Below, in pieces: positions 47,292-58,700 of a DNA stretch of 64,000 bases. This DNA comes from an uncultured virus (IMG/VR IMGVR_UViG_3300047094_000227). Its lineage: Duplodnaviria > Heunggongvirae > Uroviricota > Caudoviricetes > Crassvirales. A program made the position numbers and the translations under genes. Position 1 is the first letter of the stretch; each line of letters starts with the position of its first letter. The stretch lies in IMG/VR virus record IMGVR_UViG_3300047094_000227, positions 1 through 64,000 of that record; one strand, 5' to 3'. The notes below the pieces were generated by a model, which searched no databases, had not been told where the DNA came from, and saw only the letters and a program-made list of their open reading frames with translations.

Positions 47292-50200
47292 TTAGATGTT
47301 TTTGAGAGCTTTTACAATAGAACCGTTCATAGATTTGATCTTAGCACCACTTTTAGCAACTAGTTCAAATTTATTAGCAACTCCTGTTTTATTATCATAA
47401 TCTATAGGACGATATGTCTTACCGCCAATATTTATTGTACCATTAGTAGAACCTGGTGTTGTTGATCCTGCTACAGGAGTATTAAAGAAGTAAGGATTGT
47501 TTGCATTGTATAAACGGTCATTTTGACCAAATCTATATCCATACAAATTCTCCATTGTATTAGTGTTTCTAGTCTCAAGCTTGTTTTGAGCAATCTTGTC
47601 ACCAATAGATTTAAGAGCTTCAATAGTTTGTTCTTTAGTTTTAGATCTAGCTGTTGATTGTCTAACTTGTTGAGTATCAAGGATTCCTATATTCTTTAAT
47701 ACAGAATCATTAATAGCCTGTCTATTAGCTTGGAACACTTGAGCTCTAGTAGCTTGGTTGAATCTAAATTGCTCTCCTAACACCTTATTCTTTTGATCAG
47801 CAGCTTGAGACATAATGTAAGCCTGAGCAGAAGGATTATCACGAGCAGCTCTAATAGCAGCTCTAGATTGAGAATCAATAGCGTTTAATTGATCTTGTAA
47901 TGAAATGTCATAAACATTGTCTAACATTGGTTGATATGTTTGAGCATATACAGGTTCTACTTGGTTATTACCTAATGCATACATCTCACCCATTAATTGA
48001 CTACCATCTAATGGATTTTGAGTTCTAGGTCTAAAATAGTCACCTAATCCAGAAGCTAAAGTTTTAGCTAACATTTCCCAATCAAACTTTCCTTTCTTCT
48101 TCTTACTTTTAGCCATTTGTAGATCAAGAGGTTTGCCAGTAAAAGTTACTGGAGGTAATCCCATTTTAGGAAGATTAGTTTCTCTCTTTATAATTTGTAG
48201 TGGTTCTTTTGACTTTGGACGTTTTCCTGTAACCTGAACCTCAGGCAACATAGCTGAACCCTCTCCCATAAATCCTGGTTTGCTCATTCCTCTTTTAATC
48301 ATTTCAAGATCTGCAGCACTTAGCACTTGAGGTTCTTCATAACCAGATACATCTTCCCAATCTGGATGCCAAGTCACACCACTTTGAGCCTTCTTTAAGT
48401 TTAAACCATTCTTACCAATTAATGGATCTTTGATAGGCTTTAGCTTTCCTTTAGCCAACCCATCACTTTCTACATTGTATTCTTTAGCTGTATCAAGAAT
48501 AGCATTCTGTACCACAGCTGCTCTTTGTTTTTTATCAGCAATATCTTTTAATTTCATATTAGCTCCTAATAAGTTAGCACGGCTAGCGTTCATTGTTAAT
48601 TGATCAAATGGATTATCATTCTTAATGCTGTTAACTAGCTTTGTTGATTTATCTATAATTTTGTTTTGTTTAGCTTCTGTTCTGCTAAGATCTGCAATGT
48701 AGTTTTTAAACTTCTTACCCTTAGCTTTGTCATCACCTATTTCATTCACACCATATTTAGGAATAACCATGTTACCAAATACAACTAGGTTGTCTTCTTG
48801 ACCACCATCTTGTAATTTAACAGCTGGTTCTCCACCTTCTACCTCTACACCATTCTCACCATAACTAACTGGCATACCACCGTTGTCATGAGAAGGTCCT
48901 CTGAACATAACTGTTTCTCCATCTCCTGGTAAGTATGGATTGTAAGACATAGTTTCTGCTTTACCACGGTGAACCTTTAAATCACCACCCATGGCCATCT
49001 GTCCACCATACTCCATATTAGGTGCTGTATATCCTGGTAATCCACCAGGCATAGCATCATTCATTTGTTGCATGTATCCTTGAGCTTTCTTCTCATTTAA
49101 CATATCATATCTATCCATGATTTGTTTTTTACCAATCAAGTTAAGGAATGGTCTACGCTCTTCTGTTCTACGAAGTTCATTTACAGCAGGTTGCCCTTCT
49201 GTAGCCATTCTTGTAAACTCTGAAAACTTATTACCATTATCTCTACCATATGAATAAACTTCCTGAGATGGTTGGTTATCATAATAGTCTTTAGTGTATT
49301 GAGCACTTGTAAAGTCTTGATTATAATTACTTCTACCATTTCTATTTGTATCAGTAGTATTCATTTGTGTATAAGCTTTAATATTGCTCAATCGTGGATT
49401 TGCCATAGCACCACCAGTAGGTGCAACTTCTACACCTGGTTCATTTGTTCTCTTCATCCATTTACCATACTGAGCTCTATCTGTATACATAGCTGCAGCA
49501 CTAGGAGGAGTGTATTCTTTTAAATGTCCACCAGCACGTAGCATATCAGCATCATGAGGAGACTTTAATAATTCATCCATAGAATAATCACCAAACTTAG
49601 CAATCACTTGTGGTTGCCAATCATTACTAACCCATCCACCATCTTCCATGAAACTAGAATATGTAGATTGTATATTTTGAGCACCTTGTGCCCAAGCAGC
49701 TCTCTCTGTATTTTTAGCTGTTGTATCTTGTAAGTTAGCAAGTCTATTAGCATCTTTAGCACCACCTAATAAGTTACCAACAACACCACCTAACGCTCCA
49801 CCAACCATACCACCAATTGGACCAAACACACTACCAACAGCAGAACCTACACCTTTACCAATAGATGCTTGACCTGAGTCTTGGAAGTAATCTCCAAACT
49901 CTGCTGTAGGTAAATTACCACCATAAGCATATTGTTTAGCGTTATCATCATTCAATGGAGTGAATCCAAGGTCTGAATATATATCTAAAGGGCTATTATA
50001 TGTATTCTGAATCTCTGTTGAATTACCTCCAACAGATCTACCATTCTGAGCTAAATAGTTTGTACCAGCACCTTGAGGATTACCTAATTGTCCAGGTTGT
50101 ACCAAAGCATCTTCTGGTCTTGTATATCTACGTTTTTGTAATAAAGGTTGTGACTCAGCAGCTTGTGCTGTAATTCCTGAAACTTGAGCAGTTTGATCAG

Positions 50201-50990
50201 CTTGTTTAATTGCTTGCTTTTGTTCTTTAATTTGACCAATACCTTGTAAGATTTGAGGAGCAGCATTTAATATTCCTACACCAGCAGCTTTACCAGCAGC
50301 TTTTAATCCTTCTGATGTTCCTAGTTGTTTTAATCCTCCTTTTAACCCAAGATCTTTAAACATAGCTTGACTAGAATCTATAAGTCCTTTACCTGTTCCT
50401 TTTGTACGACTGAACATATCAACTAGACCACTACCAAGTCCACCTTGTCCTTGAAAAGCACTTCCAATAGAATTACCAAGACTAGTTAATCCACCACCAC
50501 CTTGGTATTTATATAAGTCACCACCATATCTATGAATAGGTAAATCATTTACAATATCTCCAACATCTCCATCTCCACCCTCTTTAATAAATTGACCAGC
50601 AATCCCAGATAACGTTTTTGCAAACCCACCATCAACTGGTTCAGCAGGAGCATTTTGTGCTTCAAGAGCAGCCAGGTTATCTTGCCTCATTTGTTCCTCT
50701 TTACTAACACCAGCATTAGTAGCTCTCGCTCCAGTCATTAAGTCATTGAAGCCTACAGGTTTAAGCTTAGGGTTTAAATTGTCACCACCAATCATTGCAC
50801 CTACTTGTGCCATAGGAGGGTTACCAAAGTCAGTTAATTGGTCTAGTTGAGTTTCTACCATCTTAGCACCCATAGCAGCTTTTTTAAATGCTTTACCATG
50901 AGCTTTCATGAATGCTTCTTCTGTAGGATACTTCTTGTAGAATTCCTTTTCAGACTTTACTTTAGCAATCTTTAGGATTTGATCTTTCAT
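47292..50990 (-). CDS. Probable virion cargo/ejection protein with Gly-rich membrane-like helices
   Basis: 1232 aa; GVGSAVGSVFGPIGGMVGGALGG; GPSHDNGG...VEVEGGE motif; many xxGG motifs. Confidence 0.7.
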   Translation of the reverse strand: MKDQILKIAKVKSEKEFYKKYPTEEAFMKAHGKAFKKAAMGAKMVETQLDQLTDFGNPPMAQVGAMIGGDNLNPKLKPVGFNDLMTGARATNAGVSKEEQMRQDNLAALEAQNAPAEPVDGGFAKTLSGIAGQFIKEGGDGDVGDIVNDLPIHRYGGDLYKYQGGGGLTSLGNSIGSAFQGQGGLGSGLVDMFSRTKGTGKGLIDSSQAMFKDLGLKGGLKQLGTSEGLKAAGKAAGVGILNAAPQILQGIGQIKEQKQAIKQADQTAQVSGITAQAAESQPLLQKRRYTRPEDALVQPGQLGNPQGAGTNYLAQNGRSVGGNSTEIQNTYNSPLDIYSDLGFTPLNDDNAKQYAYGGNLPTAEFGDYFQDSGQASIGKGVGSAVGSVFGPIGGMVGGALGGVVGNLLGGAKDANRLANLQDTTAKNTERAAWAQGAQNIQSTYSSFMEDGGWVSNDWQPQVIAKFGDYSMDELLKSPHDADMLRAGGHLKEYTPPSAAAMYTDRAQYGKWMKRTNEPGVEVAPTGGAMANPRLSNIKAYTQMNTTDTNRNGRSNYNQDFTSAQYTKDYYDNQPSQEVYSYGRDNGNKFSEFTRMATEGQPAVNELRRTEERRPFLNLIGKKQIMDRYDMLNEKKAQGYMQQMNDAMPGGLPGYTAPNMEYGGQMAMGGDLKVHRGKAETMSYNPYLPGDGETVMFRGPSHDNGGMPVSYGENGVEVEGGEPAVKLQDGGQEDNLVVFGNMVIPKYGVNEIGDDKAKGKKFKNYIADLSRTEAKQNKIIDKSTKLVNSIKNDNPFDQLTMNASRANLLGANMKLKDIADKKQRAAVVQNAILDTAKEYNVESDGLAKGKLKPIKDPLIGKNGLNLKKAQSGVTWHPDWEDVSGYEEPQVLSAADLEMIKRGMSKPGFMGEGSAMLPEVQVTGKRPKSKEPLQIIKRETNLPKMGLPPVTFTGKPLDLQMAKSKKKKGKFDWEMLAKTLASGLGDYFRPRTQNPLDGSQLMGEMYALGNNQVEPVYAQTYQPMLDNVYDISLQDQLNAIDSQSRAAIRAARDNPSAQAYIMSQAADQKNKVLGEQFRFNQATRAQVFQANRQAINDSVLKNIGILDTQQVRQSTARSKTKEQTIEALKSIGDKIAQNKLETRNTNTMENLYGYRFGQNDRLYNANNPYFFNTPVAGSTTPGSTNGTINIGGKTYRPIDYDNKTGVANKFELVAKSGAKIKSMNGSIVKALKNI

Positions 50991-51010
50991 ATTATAATCT
51001 ATTGTATGAT

Positions 51011-54000
51011 TTATTTATATTTACTTAGCCAGCCACCATTTTTCTTTTGTGAAGCTCCTGCTATTCCAGCAACTCCTACTGCAGGAAGAAGAGCTTTATA
51101 TATATTTGGATTGTTCATATCAAACATTCCATTGTTACCTACAGCTGATTTAAGTTGTTTATTTGTTGGAAACACTATTTCATATGCGTCATTCCAAGGT
51201 CTAACGTTTGTTACATTAGGGTGTTTATTAGCAATAGCAGCATCATATCCAGTCAATCTTTCTTCAATAGGTATTTCTCCTTTCCAATTTGCTGTTCTAT
51301 TAAAATTAAACAAATCTCTTTTACCTCCTTCATTAACTAATTGTTCAGAACTAATTGGATTATTAGCTTGACCATATAATTCATAAACAGTAGGAGTATG
51401 TTCTTTTCCTCCTATAAATGAACGTGAAGAATAAGCATAACTATCAGCAACTGTTTTTGATGGTGTTGTATATATTCCAACTCCTGAATATCCAGCATCT
51501 CCTCTTTGAAATAATGCAGGGTCAAAAACATTAAACCTTTCTGGAGCTCCATGGTATAACATAATTGGAGAACCATCTGGATTTACTAACTTAGAGTTAC
51601 CAAATGCCTTTTTAAAGTTTTGACTTTGCTGTTGTACAAACTGTTCAGGAGTTCCTTTAAATTCACTACCATCAGGATTTTTCATCCATACATCATTGGC
51701 TTTAGTAGAGTTTTCTATATTAATATACTCCTCCATTAACTTTTTATTCTTAGGAATTTCAGGATTCCATTTAGCCCAGTCTATTTCAGATACTTTTGTT
51801 GATTTATTTTTAGAAACTTCTTTATATCCTTTTAACCAATCTTTCTTTAATATCTTACCTTCAGTTGTAGGTATATCTCTTTGAGCTATTTGACTCCATT
51901 CTTTTTTACCATATCTTTTTCCCCAGTCAGAAGCTGCTCTTGGTACCTCAGCAATAAATCCTTGTCCATACTGATCTGCTATATCAAATCTAGGACTATA
52001 GTAAGCTTTACTAAATTGTCTAGTAGTATTAAAGTTACCTATACTAGTGGGAGTTACATTTTGTTTAGCTCTAAACAGACCACTCTGTACTGCATCTTCC
52101 ATTCCTTCTTTTCCAAGCCCTCTATACATCATTCCTTCTGTAGGTTTAAATGCATAAGGATTTAGTTTATATGCATTAGAAAGTAATCCAGACTCCATTG
52201 ATTGAGCAACTTTTCCTGGAACTTTCAAAGCACTTCCTAAAGGATCTATTCCTAATGCTCCTGTACCAGCAGCTAATGCCAAAGATGTTGCAATAGCTTT
52301 TGGGTCTCTTGCTGCAATTGATTCTCCTAAAGCATCTGCTAAGACACCTACATATGTAGCTGGATTTAAGTAATCATCAAACATTTCTCCCACTCCACCA
52401 ACACTCTCAGGAAACAATCTAGCTTTTTCTGCTATATTAAAACTCCCAGGAACATTTACATCTCCTTTTGTTTTTCTTTTAGCTGCTCTTTCAGCTATAA
52501 TTTTTTCATCACGTTCTTTGGTTCTTTTTTGAGTTTCTTTATTTATTCTAGCATTCTCTTCTTGTTCTTTCTTTGTAAGAGGTCTTATAGGAGCAGCAAC
52601 TCTTGTAGCATCTTGACGCATTGGTTCAGGATATTTATCTAACCAACCACCACCTTGCATCATTGGATATTCTGTAACCTTATCACCATCAAACTTGTAA
52701 TCTTCTCCAGGATACATCATTTGTACATCTCCCATATCAGATACACCAAGTACAGGATAGTCAACTCCCTGCATTGTTATTTCATTAGAATCTATCTCTG
52801 TAATCTCACCTGGATGAGCCCACTGTCCTCTGTCATCTTTAATTACAGAACCATTCTTACTTATACTCTTAGGTTTGAAGTCTAGTCCTTCTTGGTAGAA
52901 TTTCATCTCTTTACCATTCTGAGCTTGGTCCATAGGAACTTCACCTTCATTCTTAGCTAGCTTATTCATTAAATATAATAAGTCTTTATCAGAATATCTT
53001 TGTTTAAGTCTATCTAACATTAACCCTGGATTTTTAGGAGCCTCAACTCCTTTTAAATTTCCTGGTGCTTTAGCTTTTTCAGATGGTAGATATTTTGTTT
53101 TTCCAGATGAATCTGATTTATACATCTGTTTATTTAACTCTGGAGATTTATATAATTCATTTAACATCTCAGGGGTCATATCTTTAACTCCTGATTTAGT
53201 TACATCCCATATTCCTTTCTTGTTTGCCAAATATCTAAGAGCCATTATGTCTGCTCTAACTTCTCCAATCAAATCATCATGCATTGATGTACTAGAAAGT
53301 TGTTGTTCTTCGTCAGCAAAATCTTTTATTTTACTTTGTCTCCAATCACCAACTGAAGAATATATAGGTTTGTTATCTGCAGTTGTTGGTATAGGGCTTA
53401 CCATATCTTGATACAAAGCATTTGCATCTCCCTTTCTATTTTTCAAAGCGTTATGGTTTAACATTATCATCACATTTCTAGGCTGTACTGATAATATTTC
53501 TTTTTCCATTGGATGAAACATCTCATGAGCAAATGCTAAATCCTTAGGTGCATTTAAATACTCATTAGGATTACCCATATTTATTATGTTTCCTTTATCA
53601 AATCCTGTCCTATCAAGTGGTTTGTAAGTATAACTTAAATTATTAATTTTATTAATTGCTTCTTTACTAATTTGAGCTGATTTATCTTTAATTCCAAAAT
53701 TTCCTTTATCATAAAGATTTTCTTTAAATCTGTCAGATGCATAATAACTTTTTGCAAAGTCTTTAACACTCTGTTCTTCTGCATCAGTTGCACCATACAA
53801 TTTCTTTCCATCCTGAGCACTTGCTTTAGTCTTCTTAGTATACTTACCATTAGCAGGAGCTGAACCAGCTGTGCGTGCGTATGTGAATCCTACAGCACCT
53901 GGCATACTTCCACCCATAGCAAACTGACCCCCCCATGCAGGAGAATAGTTTCTACCTTTTGTATTATAACCATCTCCTACAAAGCCAGGACCTACAGATG

Positions 54001-54100
54001 CTTTTACATCATTAGGATTAAACTTTTTACCAAAGTTATCTTTAGTCTTTTTCTTTAAGACCATTCCTCCTTGTTCATATTTATCTAACCACTTAGCCAT
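51011..54100 (-). CDS. Modular polyvalent protein: HExxH metallopeptidase plus two ADP-ribosyltransferase-like domains
   Basis: AHEMFH...EVRAD; MYRG...YYSP; LYHG...FD...GIYTTP...A..YA; three WL(D/S)KY repeats. Confidence 0.65.
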   Translation of the reverse strand: MAKWLDKYEQGGMVLKKKTKDNFGKKFNPNDVKASVGPGFVGDGYNTKGRNYSPAWGGQFAMGGSMPGAVGFTYARTAGSAPANGKYTKKTKASAQDGKKLYGATDAEEQSVKDFAKSYYASDRFKENLYDKGNFGIKDKSAQISKEAINKINNLSYTYKPLDRTGFDKGNIINMGNPNEYLNAPKDLAFAHEMFHPMEKEILSVQPRNVMIMLNHNALKNRKGDANALYQDMVSPIPTTADNKPIYSSVGDWRQSKIKDFADEEQQLSSTSMHDDLIGEVRADIMALRYLANKKGIWDVTKSGVKDMTPEMLNELYKSPELNKQMYKSDSSGKTKYLPSEKAKAPGNLKGVEAPKNPGLMLDRLKQRYSDKDLLYLMNKLAKNEGEVPMDQAQNGKEMKFYQEGLDFKPKSISKNGSVIKDDRGQWAHPGEITEIDSNEITMQGVDYPVLGVSDMGDVQMMYPGEDYKFDGDKVTEYPMMQGGGWLDKYPEPMRQDATRVAAPIRPLTKKEQEENARINKETQKRTKERDEKIIAERAAKRKTKGDVNVPGSFNIAEKARLFPESVGGVGEMFDDYLNPATYVGVLADALGESIAARDPKAIATSLALAAGTGALGIDPLGSALKVPGKVAQSMESGLLSNAYKLNPYAFKPTEGMMYRGLGKEGMEDAVQSGLFRAKQNVTPTSIGNFNTTRQFSKAYYSPRFDIADQYGQGFIAEVPRAASDWGKRYGKKEWSQIAQRDIPTTEGKILKKDWLKGYKEVSKNKSTKVSEIDWAKWNPEIPKNKKLMEEYINIENSTKANDVWMKNPDGSEFKGTPEQFVQQQSQNFKKAFGNSKLVNPDGSPIMLYHGAPERFNVFDPALFQRGDAGYSGVGIYTTPSKTVADSYAYSSRSFIGGKEHTPTVYELYGQANNPISSEQLVNEGGKRDLFNFNRTANWKGEIPIEERLTGYDAAIANKHPNVTNVRPWNDAYEIVFPTNKQLKSAVGNNGMFDMNNPNIYKALLPAVGVAGIAGASQKKNGGWLSKYK

Positions 54101-54966
54101 TACTTGTAAGAAATTTGAGCAGGTGTAATAATGAATTGAGATACCAATTGAGCCTCTGATGTATTATCAAGGATATGTCTTACCTTTAATTCTTTAGCTC
54201 TTAAAGGTTCTTTCTTATATGATCTTTTTCCGTAATCCATATTAGCTTGATTTACAATCTTGTCTATTGATAATGACTCACAGCTCACCGTAAACAAAGG
54301 TACGGCTTTATTTTTAACTAAACTCCAAAAAGTATTATACTGATAAAAATTATCAGATTTAGTATATGTGATAGTTTTGCTCTCAGCATTATATAAAGGA
54401 TATTGTAAATAGGCTTTTAGGTTATTAATTGGTTTTGGTACCAATTCTAATATACCTGTAGACTGCTGTCCGTTATATAATACTGCTTTATTAAACCATT
54501 GATTATCAGTTTCTATCTGAGCATTATCATTAAACACACCATCTGGTATAGGAAGATATTTATAAGCTTTTGTATAGTCTTTTACATTCTGAAGAATCTC
54601 ATCATATGATTGATATGAGAATGGATATTCAATAATGTAAGGTTCTACAATATCATAATACTTATTATAAATAGTTGTGTTAGCAAGATGTTTCCACAAA
54701 GAAGCTGTATTAATTGGAGTGTATGTAACAGCAGCTATTTGTTCAACAGTCATTGTTGTAATGTCTATATCAATAGTAGTCTTACACCTTCCTGTAGATT
54801 CTATAATAATTGAAGTAACAGCATCAGCAACACTCACTGTGTAACCATCAATAAGGTTATCCTTGGACACAGCTGTGCCCAAAACAGTACCTAAGTTATC
54901 ATAGATATTGAATGGTCCTGTTCTGTTACCAGCTCCTGTTAATTTTATTATTACTATTTTAGCCAT
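54100..54966 (-). CDS. Tail protein: IKLTGAG N-terminal module plus an apparent C-terminal part of the muzzle/stabilisation protein
   Basis: LWKH...PYIIEYPF...FNKAVLYNGQQSTG.LEL resembles the C-terminus of crAss-like tail stabilisation proteins (recalled). Confidence 0.6.
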   Translation of the reverse strand: MAKIVIIKLTGAGNRTGPFNIYDNLGTVLGTAVSKDNLIDGYTVSVADAVTSIIIESTGRCKTTIDIDITTMTVEQIAAVTYTPINTASLWKHLANTTIYNKYYDIVEPYIIEYPFSYQSYDEILQNVKDYTKAYKYLPIPDGVFNDNAQIETDNQWFNKAVLYNGQQSTGILELVPKPINNLKAYLQYPLYNAESKTITYTKSDNFYQYNTFWSLVKNKAVPLFTVSCESLSIDKIVNQANMDYGKRSYKKEPLRAKELKVRHILDNTSEAQLVSQFIITPAQISYK

Positions 54967-54977
54967 CTTTTATTTTA

Positions 54978-55784
54978 TTAAGGAGTTCCTGCTGTATAAG
55001 TTAAGTATACAACTCCATTTATTTTAATCTGAACTACATCTGCATATGGACCACCTCCAGGACATACAGAACTGTCATACCAGTATAATGAATTTGGAAT
55101 TACAAACGTGGTTCCTGGAGTTATTGTTGTAAACACAGATCCATTTAAATTCCATTGAACTGTTCCAGTTGGGGTTACAGGATCTCCATTACTATCTTTA
55201 AATGTTACAGTTAATGTTTCATAATATTCATTATAATATTGAGATTGTGCACCTTGACATTCTGAGAAAGTACTTCCTCCGTCACTAATTGCATATGTTA
55301 TAGTGGCAACATTTGTAGCTGCACAAGCTGCACAATCATTAAATACTGTATAAGTTCCTAATGCAGTACTAGCTCCAGGGAAATAGTTTCTAAGAACAGT
55401 AAAGCATACTTCAGATCCTCCATTAGCAAAACTATTAGTAAATATAACTTTCGTCTCATCTAATAAAGAAGTTGTGCTAAACGTTTCTGTATTATATGAA
55501 GAATTACAAGGGGTTGCTGTATAATACTTTGTTGTACTTGGACTCTCTGTAGTGGTAGAGGTTGTAGTTATTCCCATATCTACAGAGTTTGTACATAACA
55601 CACTCGCTGATTTAACTCTAACTGTAGTAGCACCTATAGGAATAAATGTATAGTATCCAGACAATAAATCAGCTTTACTAACTCCTGTTTCAAATGCTAC
55701 AGCAAAGCTATCTACATTTGAAAAAAGATTAAATGGTCCTGTATCTACTCCTGCTCCTGTTAATTTTATTACTGAATTTGCCAT
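54978..55784 (-). CDS. Probable tail decoration protein: IKLTGAG module, poly-Thr linker, Cys-rich modules
   Basis: N-terminal ~70 aa is paralogous to that of the downstream gene. Confidence 0.65.
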   Translation of the reverse strand: MANSVIKLTGAGVDTGPFNLFSNVDSFAVAFETGVSKADLLSGYYTFIPIGATTVRVKSASVLCTNSVDMGITTTSTTTESPSTTKYYTATPCNSSYNTETFSTTSLLDETKVIFTNSFANGGSEVCFTVLRNYFPGASTALGTYTVFNDCAACAATNVATITYAISDGGSTFSECQGAQSQYYNEYYETLTVTFKDSNGDPVTPTGTVQWNLNGSVFTTITPGTTFVIPNSLYWYDSSVCPGGGPYADVVQIKINGVVYLTYTAGTP

Positions 55785-55791
55785 TGATTAT

Positions 55792-58700
55792 TTAATTTAA
55801 ACATGAACTTACGTATGATCCTACAACTCCTGTTGTGCTACTATAGTTATATATAGGTGTAGGAAGCGATGAAAATAGTGTATCAGTTACATAAGTATAT
55901 GGAAAAGGAACTAAACCTTCTGGATCTTGGAATAATTTTACTACAGGATCAAAAAGTAATGTTCCTGGTTGATAATAAGCAGGACTTGCTACAGCAATAC
56001 ATGTTCCAAGAACACTGTTGCTAAAATGAAATCTATCTTCAGAATATAAGAAATAACTTTCTTGCACGCTACCTGCTGTTAAGGTACAATTTGCAGAAGG
56101 TGGTTCAGTGGTTGTTGTACTAGTAGTAGTACTACTAGTACTAGTAGTTGTTGTTGTTACTGGTATAACATATTCTGCTGTACCGCCTAAGTTACAATTT
56201 AATATAACTGTTGTTGTAGTTGTAGTAGTTGGACTAGGAATCTCCATAACAGCAATAGCTTCTAAGTCACATCCTTCATTCAGTCCTGAGTAGAAGAAGT
56301 TGTTTTCAGCTATGTAATAGTTAGGAATATAACTATGAAAACTTACCCAGCTTTGTATATTTACACTGTACGATAGGGTCCATGATTTGTTACAGAAGTA
56401 TTGTCTATCTGTTAAGCTAACTACCTTTCTTAAAGATAAATCACCATAAGCTTTATCAATATAATACTCACCTGTCAACTCATCATATTTAATAACACTT
56501 GCATATGCTGGTTGAGGAATATAGTCAAGTTTAGATATAATGATTCTATCATACTTACTATCATATACACCATGTAAACCACAAGCATTAAAATGATTAT
56601 CTGTATCAGCATTAGGATAGTAACGTAAGATTTCAAATGCTAGATGGTCTGTGAAGAACTTATTAAGTCCTGAACCAAATGCAGATAAGTCTTGTATTTG
56701 ACCACCCATTCCATTAATAAGAAATACTTGTCCTCTCTTGGCATCTATAGTCACTTGTCCATTAGGAATCTTTAATAAGAACTTATTTTGACTTCCTACA
56801 TATCCAAGGTCTGTCTCAGCAAAATCAATTGGAGGAGCAGATCTAAATAAAGAAGGATTGCCTAAATAAGCAGCTTGAGGATTACTTGTATTCATTGTTA
56901 ACAACGTGTTGTATAACAATGACTTATTCTCAAATCTAGCTAACACAGCTTTATTTTGAATACCATCTAGTGATGTTAACTTGCCATAGTTTTGAGGAAA
57001 ATCAAAGAATGCTACAGGTTTATAATTTAACCAACTATTTACTCTTACGCTTGGATTATCTGCTTGTGCCTCAGAATAAACTGCTCTGAATGGAAAGCTT
57101 GTATAACATTGGTCATCATCAAAATCTACAGGTAAGTGAGAGAAGAAGTTTTCTTTATTTTGTTTTGAATACGTTACATTATATGTATATGTATTGTCAA
57201 ACTGAATTGGAACAACAGATTGTTGTAACCAGTTATCAGGAATACCTGAGCTCACGTGTGGATAGTAATCACCTTCTAAGTTATTAAATGCTTGACGCAA
57301 GTCTACATTTATAGAACTTTCTACATAGTAATAAGGAATACCATAAGCAAATAGATACATCTTACCGTCATATGAATAGGTTGTATCACTCAAAGATGTA
57401 CTACCTGGAGCAGCTGTAGTAGAAGTAGTAGTAGTAGTATTACTTATAAAAGTATAATCATTAGGGCAATCAAGATAATGTGCCTTAATAGATATAATAT
57501 TTTTCATTAGTGTTGCACCAGCTTTATAATTGCTTAGTATAGATCTAGCTGAGTACCAGTATTGTGGGTAGGCAACATTACCTAATTCATCATAAAAAAT
57601 ATCACTATCATCAGGAGCCCCCACTCTATTATCAATAAAGAAAGGAAGTTTAGTTTTATAAGCAAATCTACCAATAAATGTATCTCCACCAAATACAGTA
57701 TCAACTCCTGCTACATCAGACAAATGTTTTTGAAAACCTGTATCAATTGTTTGATATGAATATAGTTGTCCCCACTGATTAATATTTATGTTCTTGATAG
57801 ACCCATAATAAGATACCACTTTAATAGGTTCTTGCATCTCTGGAGAAGCACAATTATCTCTTGAAGAAATTGTAAATCTTGAATCATCAGTAATTAAACT
57901 GTTTCCAGCAACCACTAAAGATGGAGTTTGTTCAGCAAATGGCAATGGAGTTATAGCATCTAATGTTTTTAAATAAACAGAAGATTCTCTTTGAAAGTTA
58001 TTTACATTATAAACATCACCAACAGATTGAAAACCAGGAATAAGATATTGATATAAATCAAGTTCTCTTTGTTTAACACCTATGTTACCAAATGCATCAG
58101 GAGCAGCATTTTGAACATCTGCATTGTAATCATATTGAGCAGTGGAATTAAATGAATATGTAAAGTTTCTTCTGCTAATACCATTAATATAAATTGTTAA
58201 ATACGCTTGGTAAGCAGTGAACATTGCAGTAGCATTAAATGGAGCTGTTATATTAGCAATATTGTAACTTGAGGTTAAAGCATCTACTTGTGCTTGTTTA
58301 GTAATTAACTTATATAATGCATGATTTTTAACTTGTACAAAGTGTGCTCTACCCCCTCCAAACATAGCACTTTCTAACTTAAGCACATTGCCTAAATAAG
58401 GTTGCCCAAAAGAAGTCTCTGGTGAATTAAACACCATTCTATATTTAGAACTATTATCAAATCCACTTAAATTAACTGGATAACAATTTGTATTTTTATT
58501 ATTAGTAGTCTCTAATATTGTATATCTAGGAGATCCACTTACACGACTAGGAACAGTTGTAGAACTAACAGTAATTGAAGTATTTACTGGAACAGTTACA
58601 TTAACACTCACTAGTGTAACTGGATCAGTATATATAAATGTAGTAGATGTTGAAGGAATTGATAGATAAGAAGTTAATGTATAAGATACAGCTGTAACAT

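Noticed and set aside
25128..53850. Numerous short antisense or nested ORFs inside the giant genes
   Set aside because: No recognisable motifs; expected by chance opposite long coding frames.
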